64,000 nt of DNA from a virus: positions 29,045-93,044 of IMG/VR virus record IMGVR_UViG_3300035703_000045. The stretch is one strand, 5' to 3'. The first letter of the stretch is position 1. Each line of letters begins with the position of its first letter. The position numbers and the translations under genes are program-made. A model generated the notes under the pieces. It was not told the origin of the DNA, did no database searches, and saw nothing but the letters and a program-made list of their open reading frames with translations. This document shows, in pieces, positions 34,725-45,098 of this stretch.

Positions 34725-34963
34725 ATTGGAATACGCAAAGAACTTCCTGTTGGTATTTGGTCAGGCCATTCAATCTGTGGGTTAATATCAGCAATTTCCC
34801 AGTACCTATTACTGTCACCGAGGAATTTGACTGCCAACAAATCAAATGTGTCACCATCTCTAGATGTGTAGACAGCAAATTTAGTGGATTCCTGCGGCTT
34901 GCGATCAGCATAACGCTTACTATCAGTAAGTTTATAGCGGTCTGTAGATAGGTAACTAGCCAT
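34721..34963 (-). CDS. LysM/tail-X-like baseplate protein
   Basis: Y....GDTFD.LA.KFLGD...YWEIAD.NP......I..G..LRIP. Confidence 0.9.
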   Translation of the reverse strand: MASYLSTDRYKLTDSKRYADRKPQESTKFAVYTSRDGDTFDLLAVKFLGDSNRYWEIADINPQIEWPDQIPTGSSLRIPI

Positions 34964-36741
34964 TATGACAAATCCTCCTCAAGACGGTCAGGGGGTCTGT
35001 TTGTATCTACCCAATCAAAGAATAGACTAGTCATTCCAGCCGGTCCTCCAAAAGCGTTTGTTCCATAAGAACCTTGCCGAACTGCTTTGGTGCTGGAGAA
35101 CTTCTCTATTACAGAGTCACCGAACTCTGATGTTCTTGATATCTTAGCCCTTGCACTTGAATAAATAATAAAGTATTTATTCTTAAGATTATCGTATAGG
35201 TATTGATATAACTCTGCGTCACTACCAAACGCAACACTTCCTGCCGACGGTACAAAATCTAGGTAGTTATCAAGAGTCATAGCGTACTGAGATTGGTTCT
35301 CTGAGTTAACACTATTTGAACGACCACCGATTGGGTCGTTTACGTTCGCAGTGTATCGTTGTACCCATTCATCTTCGTTGGCTATGGTTCGTCTAAAACT
35401 GTATTGTCCTACTTTTTTAGTGGATGGAATACTACTCAAGTTTTGTGATGCGGTATCAGCCAAAGCCTGAGTATCATATGGACCATATAGATCAACAAAC
35501 ACAGTGTATTCTATTTTTAATGGTTCTCCGTCTCTAAACAACTTACGAATAGGTTCCTCTTCGTTACCGTCAGGTACGTTGTCTGCACTTGTGTACAATC
35601 TAGCCCAAACAGTTGGGTTACTTACCTCTTTATTATTGAGGTATAGATACCCCGGTCCTACCCACCCCTTAGTCATTAGCCCAACAATTGGGTGACTTGC
35701 ATACCCAGAATCAAAATCTGTGTCAATTAACTCTATGTTGTCACTGTACACAAGAACCATTTTATTTAAATAGTTCTGCGCTAGGTAGTAAAGGGATGTT
35801 GTTGCATCCTTGTCTGCCTTTTGTTCGGCATCTACATCATCTGCTCGTTTATCTAACTGACTTGTTAAGAATGTTTTATCACGAGCAAAACCAATGTAAA
35901 TAGCATTTACCTGTAAAACAACTTTACATTGGATAGGAACCATATTTGTATTAAACTTAGTAAACTGAACGTCAGTACTAGATATGAAACCATCAACCAT
36001 AAATAGGGATGAGAACACAATTCGTACTGGTTGAGGAATAAGGAATGCAGAGTTTCCTAAGTTAATATTTGATGCAAACCTGTCCAACGCCTCAGGTGCT
36101 CGTTGATCATATGTGAATTGTACTGACCCATCCTCATTTGTGATGTCAGCCTTCATCCGTTCATATTCAACTTTTGCATCTTGTTTTAATTTGGATGTCT
36201 GGTAATCCAGCATGTCCTTAGAAAAACCTTGACCAATGATGCTAAATAGTTGTGTTAAATCAGCCATAACGCCAATATCTTTTGCATCTTTATCACTTGG
36301 GTTTTGAAGGTCAGCCGTAAAAGCGTTTAGACCAGTGTTGTTTGCTACTTCCATTGTTCGGTCAAACAATAAGTCAAAAGCAAACGAGGTACTGCCAGCC
36401 GTTGGTTGTATGAACTGTGCTGGATCTTGAAGAATACTAAAGTACATTCCTTCACGCTGTGTAACAACTTGCTGGATATCCTGTGGGTTAAACTGAAAGT
36501 TCAAACGACGTTTTGGAAGCGTTTCACCTGCCCCAAGTCTGGTGTATAGGTTACGCATAAAACCACGATCAAGTGTTACTGCTTTTGATGTAAGTGGTTG
36601 ATCCCATTGACCATTTTGATGAGCAAGTACTCGTACTACTCGGTCTGGGTAAATAAATGGAGGGTTCGTCTTTTCATCTGGGTCGTTACGCCCGTCAGAA
36701 AAGATAGTACTAGGGAAAAACTGGTCGTTACGGTAATTCAT
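34963..36741 (-). CDS. Tube-initiator/baseplate protein
   Basis: FQFNP.DI, FDLLFDRT.E, PVRIVF, F...MVP..C; follows the tape measure gene. Confidence 0.65.
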   Translation of the reverse strand: MNYRNDQFFPSTIFSDGRNDPDEKTNPPFIYPDRVVRVLAHQNGQWDQPLTSKAVTLDRGFMRNLYTRLGAGETLPKRRLNFQFNPQDIQQVVTQREGMYFSILQDPAQFIQPTAGSTSFAFDLLFDRTMEVANNTGLNAFTADLQNPSDKDAKDIGVMADLTQLFSIIGQGFSKDMLDYQTSKLKQDAKVEYERMKADITNEDGSVQFTYDQRAPEALDRFASNINLGNSAFLIPQPVRIVFSSLFMVDGFISSTDVQFTKFNTNMVPIQCKVVLQVNAIYIGFARDKTFLTSQLDKRADDVDAEQKADKDATTSLYYLAQNYLNKMVLVYSDNIELIDTDFDSGYASHPIVGLMTKGWVGPGYLYLNNKEVSNPTVWARLYTSADNVPDGNEEEPIRKLFRDGEPLKIEYTVFVDLYGPYDTQALADTASQNLSSIPSTKKVGQYSFRRTIANEDEWVQRYTANVNDPIGGRSNSVNSENQSQYAMTLDNYLDFVPSAGSVAFGSDAELYQYLYDNLKNKYFIIYSSARAKISRTSEFGDSVIEKFSSTKAVRQGSYGTNAFGGPAGMTSLFFDWVDTNRPPDRLEEDLS

Positions 36742-39506
36742 CAGGTACGCCTCAACATCCGTGTATTAACTTCACGCTCCAATAGTACCCCAACCCTTTG
36801 AGCCAGTCGCTCTAGGTCAATGTCAGCCGGAGTTGCACCTGACATTATTTGAATTGTTGGGGATATCGTTATGGTATGACCGCCTACGATATTGGTAGAA
36901 CCACCTACGGCTCTCGTTGATCCTCCCATCGGGTCTCCTGATTTACCCATTTCTTGGATAATACGAGTAGCCTCAGGCATAATGGTGTTTGTACCATTCA
37001 ATGGACTCCCATTAAATGACCAGTCTTGGAATGGGTCACGCCCATGACCTTTATTCCATTTATACTTTTCAAATGCAATCCGTGCGTTAGTGGCTGGGTC
37101 AAAGAGTGCTTCGTTATTAGAGATCCCCCAAGCGGATCGGTTCCCCTCTGGATTTGTAGCACCGGGAATCATGTTGATTTGCATCAACCCATATGACAAA
37201 TCGTCATCATCGCTAGTGAAACTTCGTGGATTCCATCGTGATTCACGCCAAGAAATGGCAAGAGCATTAACAAGATCTTGACCACGGAACCCAGCGTTAT
37301 ACAAGAACTGTGCTACCTGTTGACCACTTAAAGAACCTCCACCAGTAGGAACATCCGATGTGGAAGAACTATTTCCAGCACCTGATGATCTACCACGACG
37401 TGACCGGCTCGTTGGGTACCCAACAGAGCCACCCTTTACACGAGCACGAGATTTTACTTTCTGAGAAATGGTTCCTGTTGCTAATGAGAACCCGCTGGAC
37501 CCTTTTTCAACAGGAGAATAATCAGGGGTAGACCCACCTCTAAAAGTAGCCGTAGTGGTTGGTGTATTTGGGGTAGTTCCAGACCTAGAATTAGATGGTC
37601 CTACTCCTTCTGGCATACCCCATGGAGAACCTGCGGCTTCATAACCTCTACGAGAGGTTGGGACTCCAGCAGGTTGGACGTGCCATGGTTCATCATTTAC
37701 TTTTGAGAATTCAATAAGACCGAACTTTGCGGCATTAGCAGTAACCCATGCTATATCTCCAACAAGGTCTGCCGCTAGTCCAACTTCGTGCATTGACCTT
37801 CCGGGGGGAGCCATGTCGGCATCCCCCGGATTTATCTTTTCCCAATACTTATCATTCCAGAATATATTTGTTTCTTTGTCGGTTGGTCTGTACCTTTTCA
37901 AGAACCCAGATTCTTGTTCTTGTTCGGTTCGGAAACCGCCACCAAACCCAACATTAGGGTTGGCAACAAACATGTTAATTAGTTGCTCTTGGAACCTTGA
38001 ATTGAGTCGTTTAAACTTAGGTTTATTACGCAATTCGGAAATTGTGATTCTCTGGCTACCATCTCCATAAGGGATAGTCACTAAGTCACTTGCGGATGCT
38101 GGTGTTGAAGATGCCCCATTAGTTGGACTTGCGGAGCCTCCAGAGTCGTTACCTACTCCACTACCGTCTCCAAACATTCCACCAATAAAGTTTCCTGCCA
38201 GAGCACCTAATACAGGTTGACCAAAGAGGGCACCAATACCCAGCCCCAAGCCAGTTCCGACCTTCATACCAATTCGGTTACTCGTACGGGCACCGATTAT
38301 TCCAGACATCACATCTTCAAACTTGCCCATTACTTTTACAAGTTTTTGTGTCTGCTGTTCAAGATCAGCAAAGTTGTCAGCCTGACGGCTGTAGAAGTTT
38401 TCTTCCCGACGAGTTCTTAGTCGGTCTGTTTCCTCTGCTTGAGTAGCAAAGTTATCCTCAATACCCATGCGTTTACGATCCTCTTTTTTAGAGGGGTCGT
38501 ACATTCCTTTTCCACCCTTTTCTTTAAAGGTCTGGTTCTCCATTGCATACTGGATGAGTTGGGTCTGCATATCACCAGTGATACCCATTTGTGCAAGGTT
38601 TGCACGAGTTACCGATCCGGGGGCTAGGGCACCTTTAAGGATACGGGGATCTGACAATCCAGTCGTGCGTACCAGCCCCTGCATGAGGTCCATCATTGAT
38701 CGTTGTTTACCACCCGGTCCAATAAGACTTTGACCGGTCATCATGAACATACGGTTGACAACATCTGGGCTGGCAAGTTGGTTGATCATTCCAACTGCCT
38801 CTTGTCCACCGAGAGTGAATCCCGAGATAGTTCTTAGTGCCTCAACACTTGATGCTTGTTGACGACCACTGATACCAGTCTGGGCTTCTAGCCCCATGAG
38901 AGCATTGATTCCACCAGCACCAAGTCGGTAGTTTGTTAAAGGTTGCCTGTAGGTGTTCTGTACAGCAACCTGACTCATGCCCTTCATCTGCTGGAATAGA
39001 ACAGATGTGCGGTCAGCGGCTAGGGAGTATTCACGGTTACGGTCAACACGGGCATCAATAGCACCCATTGTTTGGTTAAAGGCTTGGTTTGCAAAAGTAG
39101 CAACTTGGCCTATAGCGGCTCCACGAGTTAGACCAATACCACCTTCAGGAGTTTGCCCACCAAGGGGCATATTGAGCCAACTCTTAAATCTCCCACCTGT
39201 TGTACCTCCTACACCCTTATCAATAGGTGTAGGAGTAAAGGTACCTCCAGCAACCTTGGTTCCTCCAATGGACCCAAGGGTTCCTGTCTTTGTTCCTTGG
39301 GTAGCATTTTGTAGTGCCTCAGCAGAAGCACCAGCCTCTTTCAGGGCTTTAGCAATACCTTCTGCTTCCATCCGAATTGAATGGAACTTAATCTTTAGGT
39401 TATTAAGAGTTTGTTCGTCCTGCTTAATACCAATTTTGAGGTTGGTTAGCACAGTATCCGCTCCACCAAGGAGACGGTTTACTTCACTTTCGCCTATGTC
39501 TGCCAA
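36741..39506 (-). CDS. Tape measure protein with M15 (VanY-like) peptidase and lytic transglycosylase domains
   Basis: Helical Gly/Ala-rich N-half; FRT..EQ, APPGRSMHEVGLAAD, EPWHVQ; AISWRESRWNP, YGLMQIN, LFDPATNARIA. Confidence 0.88.
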   Translation of the reverse strand: MADIGESEVNRLLGGADTVLTNLKIGIKQDEQTLNNLKIKFHSIRMEAEGIAKALKEAGASAEALQNATQGTKTGTLGSIGGTKVAGGTFTPTPIDKGVGGTTGGRFKSWLNMPLGGQTPEGGIGLTRGAAIGQVATFANQAFNQTMGAIDARVDRNREYSLAADRTSVLFQQMKGMSQVAVQNTYRQPLTNYRLGAGGINALMGLEAQTGISGRQQASSVEALRTISGFTLGGQEAVGMINQLASPDVVNRMFMMTGQSLIGPGGKQRSMMDLMQGLVRTTGLSDPRILKGALAPGSVTRANLAQMGITGDMQTQLIQYAMENQTFKEKGGKGMYDPSKKEDRKRMGIEDNFATQAEETDRLRTRREENFYSRQADNFADLEQQTQKLVKVMGKFEDVMSGIIGARTSNRIGMKVGTGLGLGIGALFGQPVLGALAGNFIGGMFGDGSGVGNDSGGSASPTNGASSTPASASDLVTIPYGDGSQRITISELRNKPKFKRLNSRFQEQLINMFVANPNVGFGGGFRTEQEQESGFLKRYRPTDKETNIFWNDKYWEKINPGDADMAPPGRSMHEVGLAADLVGDIAWVTANAAKFGLIEFSKVNDEPWHVQPAGVPTSRRGYEAAGSPWGMPEGVGPSNSRSGTTPNTPTTTATFRGGSTPDYSPVEKGSSGFSLATGTISQKVKSRARVKGGSVGYPTSRSRRGRSSGAGNSSSTSDVPTGGGSLSGQQVAQFLYNAGFRGQDLVNALAISWRESRWNPRSFTSDDDDLSYGLMQINMIPGATNPEGNRSAWGISNNEALFDPATNARIAFEKYKWNKGHGRDPFQDWSFNGSPLNGTNTIMPEATRIIQEMGKSGDPMGGSTRAVGGSTNIVGGHTITISPTIQIMSGATPADIDLERLAQRVGVLLEREVNTRMLRRT

Positions 39507-39508
39507 CT

Positions 39509-39676
39509 CTAACCTCCGTTCTCATTTCTCCATTTTGCCATACGGAACCAGAAGTCCCGCTGGCGCACGGTCATTGACCGTAAATCCGAGAGATTAAACC
39601 CTTTGTAGACGGAGGCTATTAGTTCGTGTTCCCAGTATAGATATTTTACATTAACCCAGTAGAAGGGATACCCAAT
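39509..39676 (-). CDS. Start-less ORF, probable frameshift extension of the tail assembly chaperone
   Basis: Open +1 frame ...YLYWEHELIASVYKGFNLSDLRSMTVRQRDFW...; no ATG/GTG/TTG before the chaperone-like segment; ends 2 nt before the TMP start. Confidence 0.7.
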   Translation of the reverse strand: MGYPFYWVNVKYLYWEHELIASVYKGFNLSDLRSMTVRQRDFWFRMAKWRNENGG

Positions 39677-40451
39677 CTATTGCGATGTCCATGTTTGCTG
39701 AACAATGAGCGCATTGGGTATTCACCTCCTTGATCTTGGGACCAATCTCCACACTGAGAAGGGTCTTAATGATCTTGTTACGGTCGGCAAGACTAAGGGT
39801 CTTGGCCCACTTGATGGGGTCTTCTGGGGCTTCCCCCTCATCCCATACGGCACAGCGAGCAATCATGAGACTGCTTTGTTCTGCCGTTGTCTTACCATCT
39901 TTCACGACCTGAACGCTGTCGTTCCCAGTTGGTATACGGAACTTTACTTTAGTACCTTTACGCAAAATTACTTCTAGTGGCTTCTTTACATCTACGTTTG
40001 GAACGGATATCGGGAAGTCATCAACAAGGTTGATAGTGATATCGCTGTCCTTACCACACAACTCGCAGGTACGGGTGAAGGTTTTCTCTGGCCCATAAGT
40101 AGCCTTGACAACCCCTAAGAACAGGGCATCACGGTCTCCAATTACCAGATCTTGTAGGTAGTTCTGGTTACCGTTAATCGTAATGTTGCCAATCCGCTCT
40201 GTTGCACGAGCCAACAGGGTGTTGATGTATTTGGCGTACGTCATATTGCGGTCATTTTCTAATGACGCAAGGTACTCCTCATCTTCACCAGTCAACTCAC
40301 GAACCTCTGCGGTGGTCTGCCAAAGTCCTGTTGTTGGGTCTACCAGACCACGCTGTAGTTCAACAATCAGGGACTCAGGCTTTCCAATGCTGGGTACCTT
40401 GTCTTTAATGGCATCATTAAACGATGCCACCTCGTTGGTGTCAGTGCTCAA
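39651..40451 (-). CDS. Tail assembly chaperone/baseplate hub assembly protein (T4 gp26/gp51-like)
   Basis: VRELTGEDEE, L..GDRD.L.L....TYG, CELC, CAHC; between tube and TMP. Confidence 0.8.
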   Translation of the reverse strand: MSTDTNEVASFNDAIKDKVPSIGKPESLIVELQRGLVDPTTGLWQTTAEVRELTGEDEEYLASLENDRNMTYAKYINTLLARATERIGNITINGNQNYLQDLVIGDRDALFLGVVKATYGPEKTFTRTCELCGKDSDITINLVDDFPISVPNVDVKKPLEVILRKGTKVKFRIPTGNDSVQVVKDGKTTAEQSSLMIARCAVWDEGEAPEDPIKWAKTLSLADRNKIIKTLLSVEIGPKIKEVNTQCAHCSANMDIAIDWVSLLLG

Positions 40452-40474
40452 TTTGTAACCCCTTTATGGTTTAA

Positions 40475-41077
40475 TTATGCTTTGCTTGCGATTCCAGCGA
40501 TTTCGGTGTCGCTCCATGCGATGTAGAAACCCTCATGGTGAACAGTCAACTGCTGAATCATAATACCGCTTTCACCAGCGGAAAGGTCGCTGAGAGCGTA
40601 AGCACCGGGCCAGCAGTTGTACAACTTAATAGCCAACTTGGTATCGCCAAGATTTGGGTTTGCAGAGTTAGCCTGCTCTGGCTCTTGGTAGTTACCGGCT
40701 GATACTGGGTGGTCAAATACCTTGACGATAATGTCGCATCGGTAGTCGTTGTTACCACTACGGCTTCCAGTGCTGGCTTGGTTCCATGAGTGCAGGAATT
40801 CCTGCCAACGCCACATGTCTGCACCACCGGCAAACACGCCACGGCTGAAGGTCACAGGAGCAAAGTCTGACTGACCTACCAACTTATGGGTGTGGGTGTT
40901 CATACCACCCTCACGGTAACCAACCATTTCGTTCTGTACTGAGATACCAGACATAACAGAAAAGCCAAGGTTACCAATACCAGCCGCCGCAGTTGCTAGA
41001 CCGCCACCACCCGGAGGAACGATTTGAACTTGGAATTTAAAGTTACGAATCGGATCGTTTGCTGTTGAACGTGCCAT
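40475..41077 (-). CDS. Tail tube protein (T4 gp19-like)
   Basis: DPIRNFKFQV, YREGG, PVTFSRG, LYNCWP, LTVHHEG. Confidence 0.93.
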   Translation of the reverse strand: MARSTANDPIRNFKFQVQIVPPGGGGLATAAAGIGNLGFSVMSGISVQNEMVGYREGGMNTHTHKLVGQSDFAPVTFSRGVFAGGADMWRWQEFLHSWNQASTGSRSGNNDYRCDIIVKVFDHPVSAGNYQEPEQANSANPNLGDTKLAIKLYNCWPGAYALSDLSAGESGIMIQQLTVHHEGFYIAWSDTEIAGIASKA

Positions 41078-41091
41078 TATCTATACCCCTA

Positions 41092-42606
41092 TCAGAGTGT
41101 CTCTACGGTGTTTGAACCACCAGTCCATTGACTGATGTTGATGACTACATATTCAGCGGGGTATTGCAGAGCAACACCTACTTCAACGTGAACTTCCCCG
41201 TTGTTAATAGTGGTTGACGTGTTGTTTGAACTATCGCAGGTCACATAAAAAGCCTGATCTGCGTTTGCGCCCTTTAGTCCACCCGAACGCCAGAACTCTG
41301 ACAACAAGGAGGAAGCGACCACACTGAGACGTGACCACAGACGCTCGTCGTTTGGCTCAAATACTGCAAAGGCTGTGGCATCCTTCAATGCCTGCTTCAA
41401 GTAGTTGAGTGAGCGACGGATTGGAATGAACTTGTCTGGTTCGGTCTTGACAAGGGTGCGAGCACCGTTGACAATGATGCCTCCACCGGGGATGGCTTTC
41501 AACATGTTCACGTTGTAGGTGTCGTACAGAAGACCGGTCTGAGTCTCAGTAAACTGAGTTACAAGACCGAGTGCATTTCGTACTTCTACGTTATTACCTG
41601 CTGGAGCCTTAGCAACAGTTCGTGCAATCTCTGTGCGGATGTAAGCACCGGCAATTGCGCCACCGGGATAGGTGGTACGAATTGCGGCTGGACCGCTCTT
41701 AGATGGGTCAACCATCTTCAGGGCTGGGTAGTACACAGCACCGTATGAAGATACGTTGTATGAACCTACGACGCTTCCACCAATAACAGATGGATCGGTA
41801 GCGGTCTTGTCGGGGTCAATGATGACAAACGAGTTTCCTCGTGCCTCTGCCTTGGCAAGGAATGCGTTTACAACCGTTGCTGTGGTCTTTCCAACTGCGT
41901 TAAGGAGAAGCACTCCGTTGATCACATCAAGATTGGTAAGAGCGGCTGTGTAGTCAGCATCAACAATTGATGCACCGTTTGTACCACTAGCACTGGTTAC
42001 GGCAGTGGTGTACCAAGCCCATGTGGCACTAGCGGCAATAGTGGGTACTGATACTGTGACAAACTTGGAGTAGTTGTCTAGTACAGAATCTACATAACGG
42101 TTGCTTGAAGGATCAACTGACAACTCGTTCCAACGCTCTACCTCAACACCATCAAGTTTGATGACGAGGTTAAAGGTAGGAATCTGTGAAGCAGATGCGG
42201 CTACAACTCCAGCAGTTACCTCAAAAGTAAGACCATTACCCCATGTACCTTCGCTTACAGCAGTAGCAGTGAACAAAGTTGCTGAAGCGTTACCGGTACC
42301 GGTTGGGTAATATGGGACAGTAGCGGTTGCCTTGGTGGCACCAGTACCTACTACACGGTTGATATAGGCTTCTTTACCACCGTTAGCGAAGTAGTGGTAT
42401 ACAGCAAAGCCCAACTCATAGTCTTGATCAAGGTCACCATAGAGTGACTTGAATGAAGCCCACGAGTCAACGAAGGTTGCAACAGTGGGTCCACGTCCGG
42501 CCTCACCAAAGAAGGCGGCTACGGACCTTGTTGGGTTTCCCTGCTGTGTGTTGGCTACAAAAGCCGACTCGGTTACATATACGCCGGGGTTCTTGTATGT
42601 CGGCAT
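41092..42606 (-). CDS. Contractile tail sheath protein
   Basis: PGVYV.E, YF.NGG, KAPAG, GARTL, VFEPND..LW, PAEYV. Confidence 0.96.
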   Translation of the reverse strand: MPTYKNPGVYVTESAFVANTQQGNPTRSVAAFFGEAGRGPTVATFVDSWASFKSLYGDLDQDYELGFAVYHYFANGGKEAYINRVVGTGATKATATVPYYPTGTGNASATLFTATAVSEGTWGNGLTFEVTAGVVAASASQIPTFNLVIKLDGVEVERWNELSVDPSSNRYVDSVLDNYSKFVTVSVPTIAASATWAWYTTAVTSASGTNGASIVDADYTAALTNLDVINGVLLLNAVGKTTATVVNAFLAKAEARGNSFVIIDPDKTATDPSVIGGSVVGSYNVSSYGAVYYPALKMVDPSKSGPAAIRTTYPGGAIAGAYIRTEIARTVAKAPAGNNVEVRNALGLVTQFTETQTGLLYDTYNVNMLKAIPGGGIIVNGARTLVKTEPDKFIPIRRSLNYLKQALKDATAFAVFEPNDERLWSRLSVVASSLLSEFWRSGGLKGANADQAFYVTCDSSNNTSTTINNGEVHVEVGVALQYPAEYVVINISQWTGGSNTVETL

Positions 42607-43305
42607 TTAAAACTCCTCAGAAAATGGGTCAGTGAATACAGATGGGTTGGTTACGTCTACGTTATTAATGTTACCAACTACGGATGTTACACGCTTGATA
42701 GCCACCAGATCAGATGTAGGCATTTCTGCTGTCAATTGAACTGTATATACTTTTCTAAATATACGCTTTTTGAATCCAGCCTCTTGGTCTAGAAGGTCGG
42801 CAGATGCCCACCCCGCTAGATCAAAACGACGGATTGTGCCATCTTCTGGGATTTCAATGAACCCCCTACGAAAGGGCATAATACGCCGTAGTATTTTACT
42901 TGTTAATTGACGATCATGCAGGGCACTACGGGCAAACGTAGAAATTTGGTATACCAAGATCATTGGTACAAACGATTCCATACGCAAGTAGTTAGACCCC
43001 TGTGTTTGAGCGGCTAGTTCTTGAGCCGTCAGTTCAGATGGGTAGTAGTTTACAAAATCAGCCCTTGCGGATGCTGAGGCAGTAGAACCATAGTAGTAAT
43101 AGTTTTCTGACTGCTGGCGAGAAGTATCGTGTGCGATATCAATTAGTTCAATAGTGATGAACGGATACTTCTTCTCTGTTTCTCCTTCGGGGTACCGGAA
43201 GAAGACGCTTACAGGTCGTTCAGCATTACGGTCATCAGTGACCGTAATCGCAGAAAACCTAGCCTTAACAGCGGCATCTTCGGCAAGTAAGAAACCCTTG
43301 GGCAT
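42607..43305 (-). CDS. Tail terminator/completion protein
   Basis: YPFITIE, YQISTFAR...HDR; directly upstream of the sheath gene. Confidence 0.6.
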   Translation of the reverse strand: MPKGFLLAEDAAVKARFSAITVTDDRNAERPVSVFFRYPEGETEKKYPFITIELIDIAHDTSRQQSENYYYYGSTASASARADFVNYYPSELTAQELAAQTQGSNYLRMESFVPMILVYQISTFARSALHDRQLTSKILRRIMPFRRGFIEIPEDGTIRRFDLAGWASADLLDQEAGFKKRIFRKVYTVQLTAEMPTSDLVAIKRVTSVVGNINNVDVTNPSVFTDPFSEEF

Positions 43306-43691
43306 TAGAACAAAGCCTCCGATATCATACGGGATACACGTTCAGCCACCCGTTGCTGGGCAGAGTATGCGGCTTTGCGAAGGACAGGACGAGGGGGTTG
43401 TCCGTCCCCACCGTACTCAAGGATTTGAGCACGGGGGCTAGTTGAATAGATATTAATCTCTTCAGTGTTTTCGTTGTACACAATATTGATTGTGTCGGCA
43501 ACGTCTCCCCATGATGAACGAGCGTCAGTGCGTACTTGGTCTTGAAACTCATCTAGGGCTTTTTTAATAAAAGAACCCAACTTCTTTTCAACGACAAACA
43601 CGGCGGCTACGGATGCAGGAAGTCCGTATAGGGGCAACTTAGAACTATGGGCATGGTCAGCATAAGGGCTGAGATCAGAGGTAGCGAGCAT
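43305..43691 (-). CDS. Neck protein (HK97 gp10-like)
   Basis: LEYG....PPRPVLR motif; synteny. Confidence 0.55.
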   Translation of the reverse strand: MLATSDLSPYADHAHSSKLPLYGLPASVAAVFVVEKKLGSFIKKALDEFQDQVRTDARSSWGDVADTINIVYNENTEEINIYSTSPRAQILEYGGDGQPPRPVLRKAAYSAQQRVAERVSRMISEALF

Positions 43692-43747
43692 GCGTACTCC
43701 GTAGTTCTAGGCGTTGGATTACCTGACGCTCATCAGGTATACACATT

Positions 43748-44284
43748 CTACCCTATAATTGGAAGGCTCGTAGGCCAAGGGGCATTAATGTTTCCAACGG
43801 TTGGAACCACATCGTTGACCATCTCCTGATCAACGTAGATTTCGTATCCTTGAATGGTTACAAAAACCTCACTCTTTAAACGACCCCGAACACGGTAGTC
43901 AGATATTCCATAAAAACGACCATCGTAAAGGAATATGTCGTTTAGGTGGGGTTGGTATTCCCAAACAGACTCAATACCAGCATCCCTCATATCCCGTATG
44001 GACAACTTCATCTGTATAGTCTGGGTCGGTTGGCGACCATCAGCAATTGACCGGCGAGCGTCTTCTGTCTCCTCTACCGTAATCACTGGGAGTGAAACAC
44101 CCGATTTGTAGTTCCTTCCACCAGTCCCATAGACACCTTCGTCGTATACATCGTTGTACACGCTGTTTGCAGATGTTGAGGCTCCTAGAGGAAGGAACTC
44201 ATACCATACGACGTACTCGCCCGTTACACTGTGGTATCTACGGTACTTATCGTGAATATTGTTAAGTTCACGCCGAATGTCCAT
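43748..44284 (-). CDS. Head-closure/stopper protein
   Basis: Synteny; beta-rich with D.F.YDGR.Y. Confidence 0.55.
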   Translation of the reverse strand: MDIRRELNNIHDKYRRYHSVTGEYVVWYEFLPLGASTSANSVYNDVYDEGVYGTGGRNYKSGVSLPVITVEETEDARRSIADGRQPTQTIQMKLSIRDMRDAGIESVWEYQPHLNDIFLYDGRFYGISDYRVRGRLKSEVFVTIQGYEIYVDQEMVNDVVPTVGNINAPWPTSLPIIG

Positions 44285-45084
44285 TAGTAGTACGCATTCG
44301 TCGTCTGACCGGTAAGTGGGGTAGTGTCAACGTAAACGTCTTCACGAAGGTTGTCGTCTTTGACCTCTGGGTCCAATATCCCTGAGTCAATCTCAGGCCA
44401 TAGACGTTCTGTGGGTGAGTAGTCCCCGAACTCTTTTTGCTTGTACAAGGGAACAAGTCGGTTAGTAGTACGAGATACACGACGTAGATTGAATACCTCA
44501 AGACGGTCAAAGCCAATGTTGAGGTTTGTGGCGTGGCGTTCGTACTCCTTTTCCCATTGCATGAGGAGTGCTTGCACCATACGGAAACGCTGACTTGCGG
44601 GGATATGGATGGCTTCTGATGTGATGACATCAATGTCACGACTGTATTCAGTCATGAGTGCCCATAAGCATTCACAGATGGCGGCAATACCAATTGCATT
44701 GATAACCACATCAGCCAATTGGTTTACTGCCAAGTTTGTGGTATGCAGGTGCTTTTCTAGAGCACGTTTAGAGTAGAAAGTTAAATCAGTTGGGGTTACC
44801 CATTCGTAGTAATAGCCTTCTATCAGCAGTTTTGTGTTTGCTGGGTAAGTTGTGGTAAGGCGAAGGATTCCGTTGCGCTCGTCTAGACTGTACTGGGATG
44901 TGGTTAGCGCAGAAGCAGAGCCTGACGAAGAGGTATAGACAGCCACCCAAAGAGACGTTGAATCTACGTTGATCTGACCCAACTCATAGGTTCTTCCTAC
45001 GGCATCAAAGGATGTCTGAAAGAACTTAGGGAAGTCTCGTAGATAGGTACGAGCAATCGTTTCTATATCAGATAGTTCAGCCAC
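44284..45084 (-). CDS. Head-tail adaptor protein
   Basis: Synteny; IPASQRFR..Q.L segment. Confidence 0.55.
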   Translation of the reverse strand: MAELSDIETIARTYLRDFPKFFQTSFDAVGRTYELGQINVDSTSLWVAVYTSSSGSASALTTSQYSLDERNGILRLTTTYPANTKLLIEGYYYEWVTPTDLTFYSKRALEKHLHTTNLAVNQLADVVINAIGIAAICECLWALMTEYSRDIDVITSEAIHIPASQRFRMVQALLMQWEKEYERHATNLNIGFDRLEVFNLRRVSRTTNRLVPLYKQKEFGDYSPTERLWPEIDSGILDPEVKDDNLREDVYVDTTPLTGQTTNAYY

Positions 45085-45098
45085 GATACAAGTGTACC

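Noticed and set aside
43700-43740. CTGATGAG on the minus strand as a hammerhead ribozyme core
   Set aside because: No GAAA after a stem II; the sequence instead forms a simple hairpin (TACCTGA/TCAGGTA) just downstream of a TAGAAT box.
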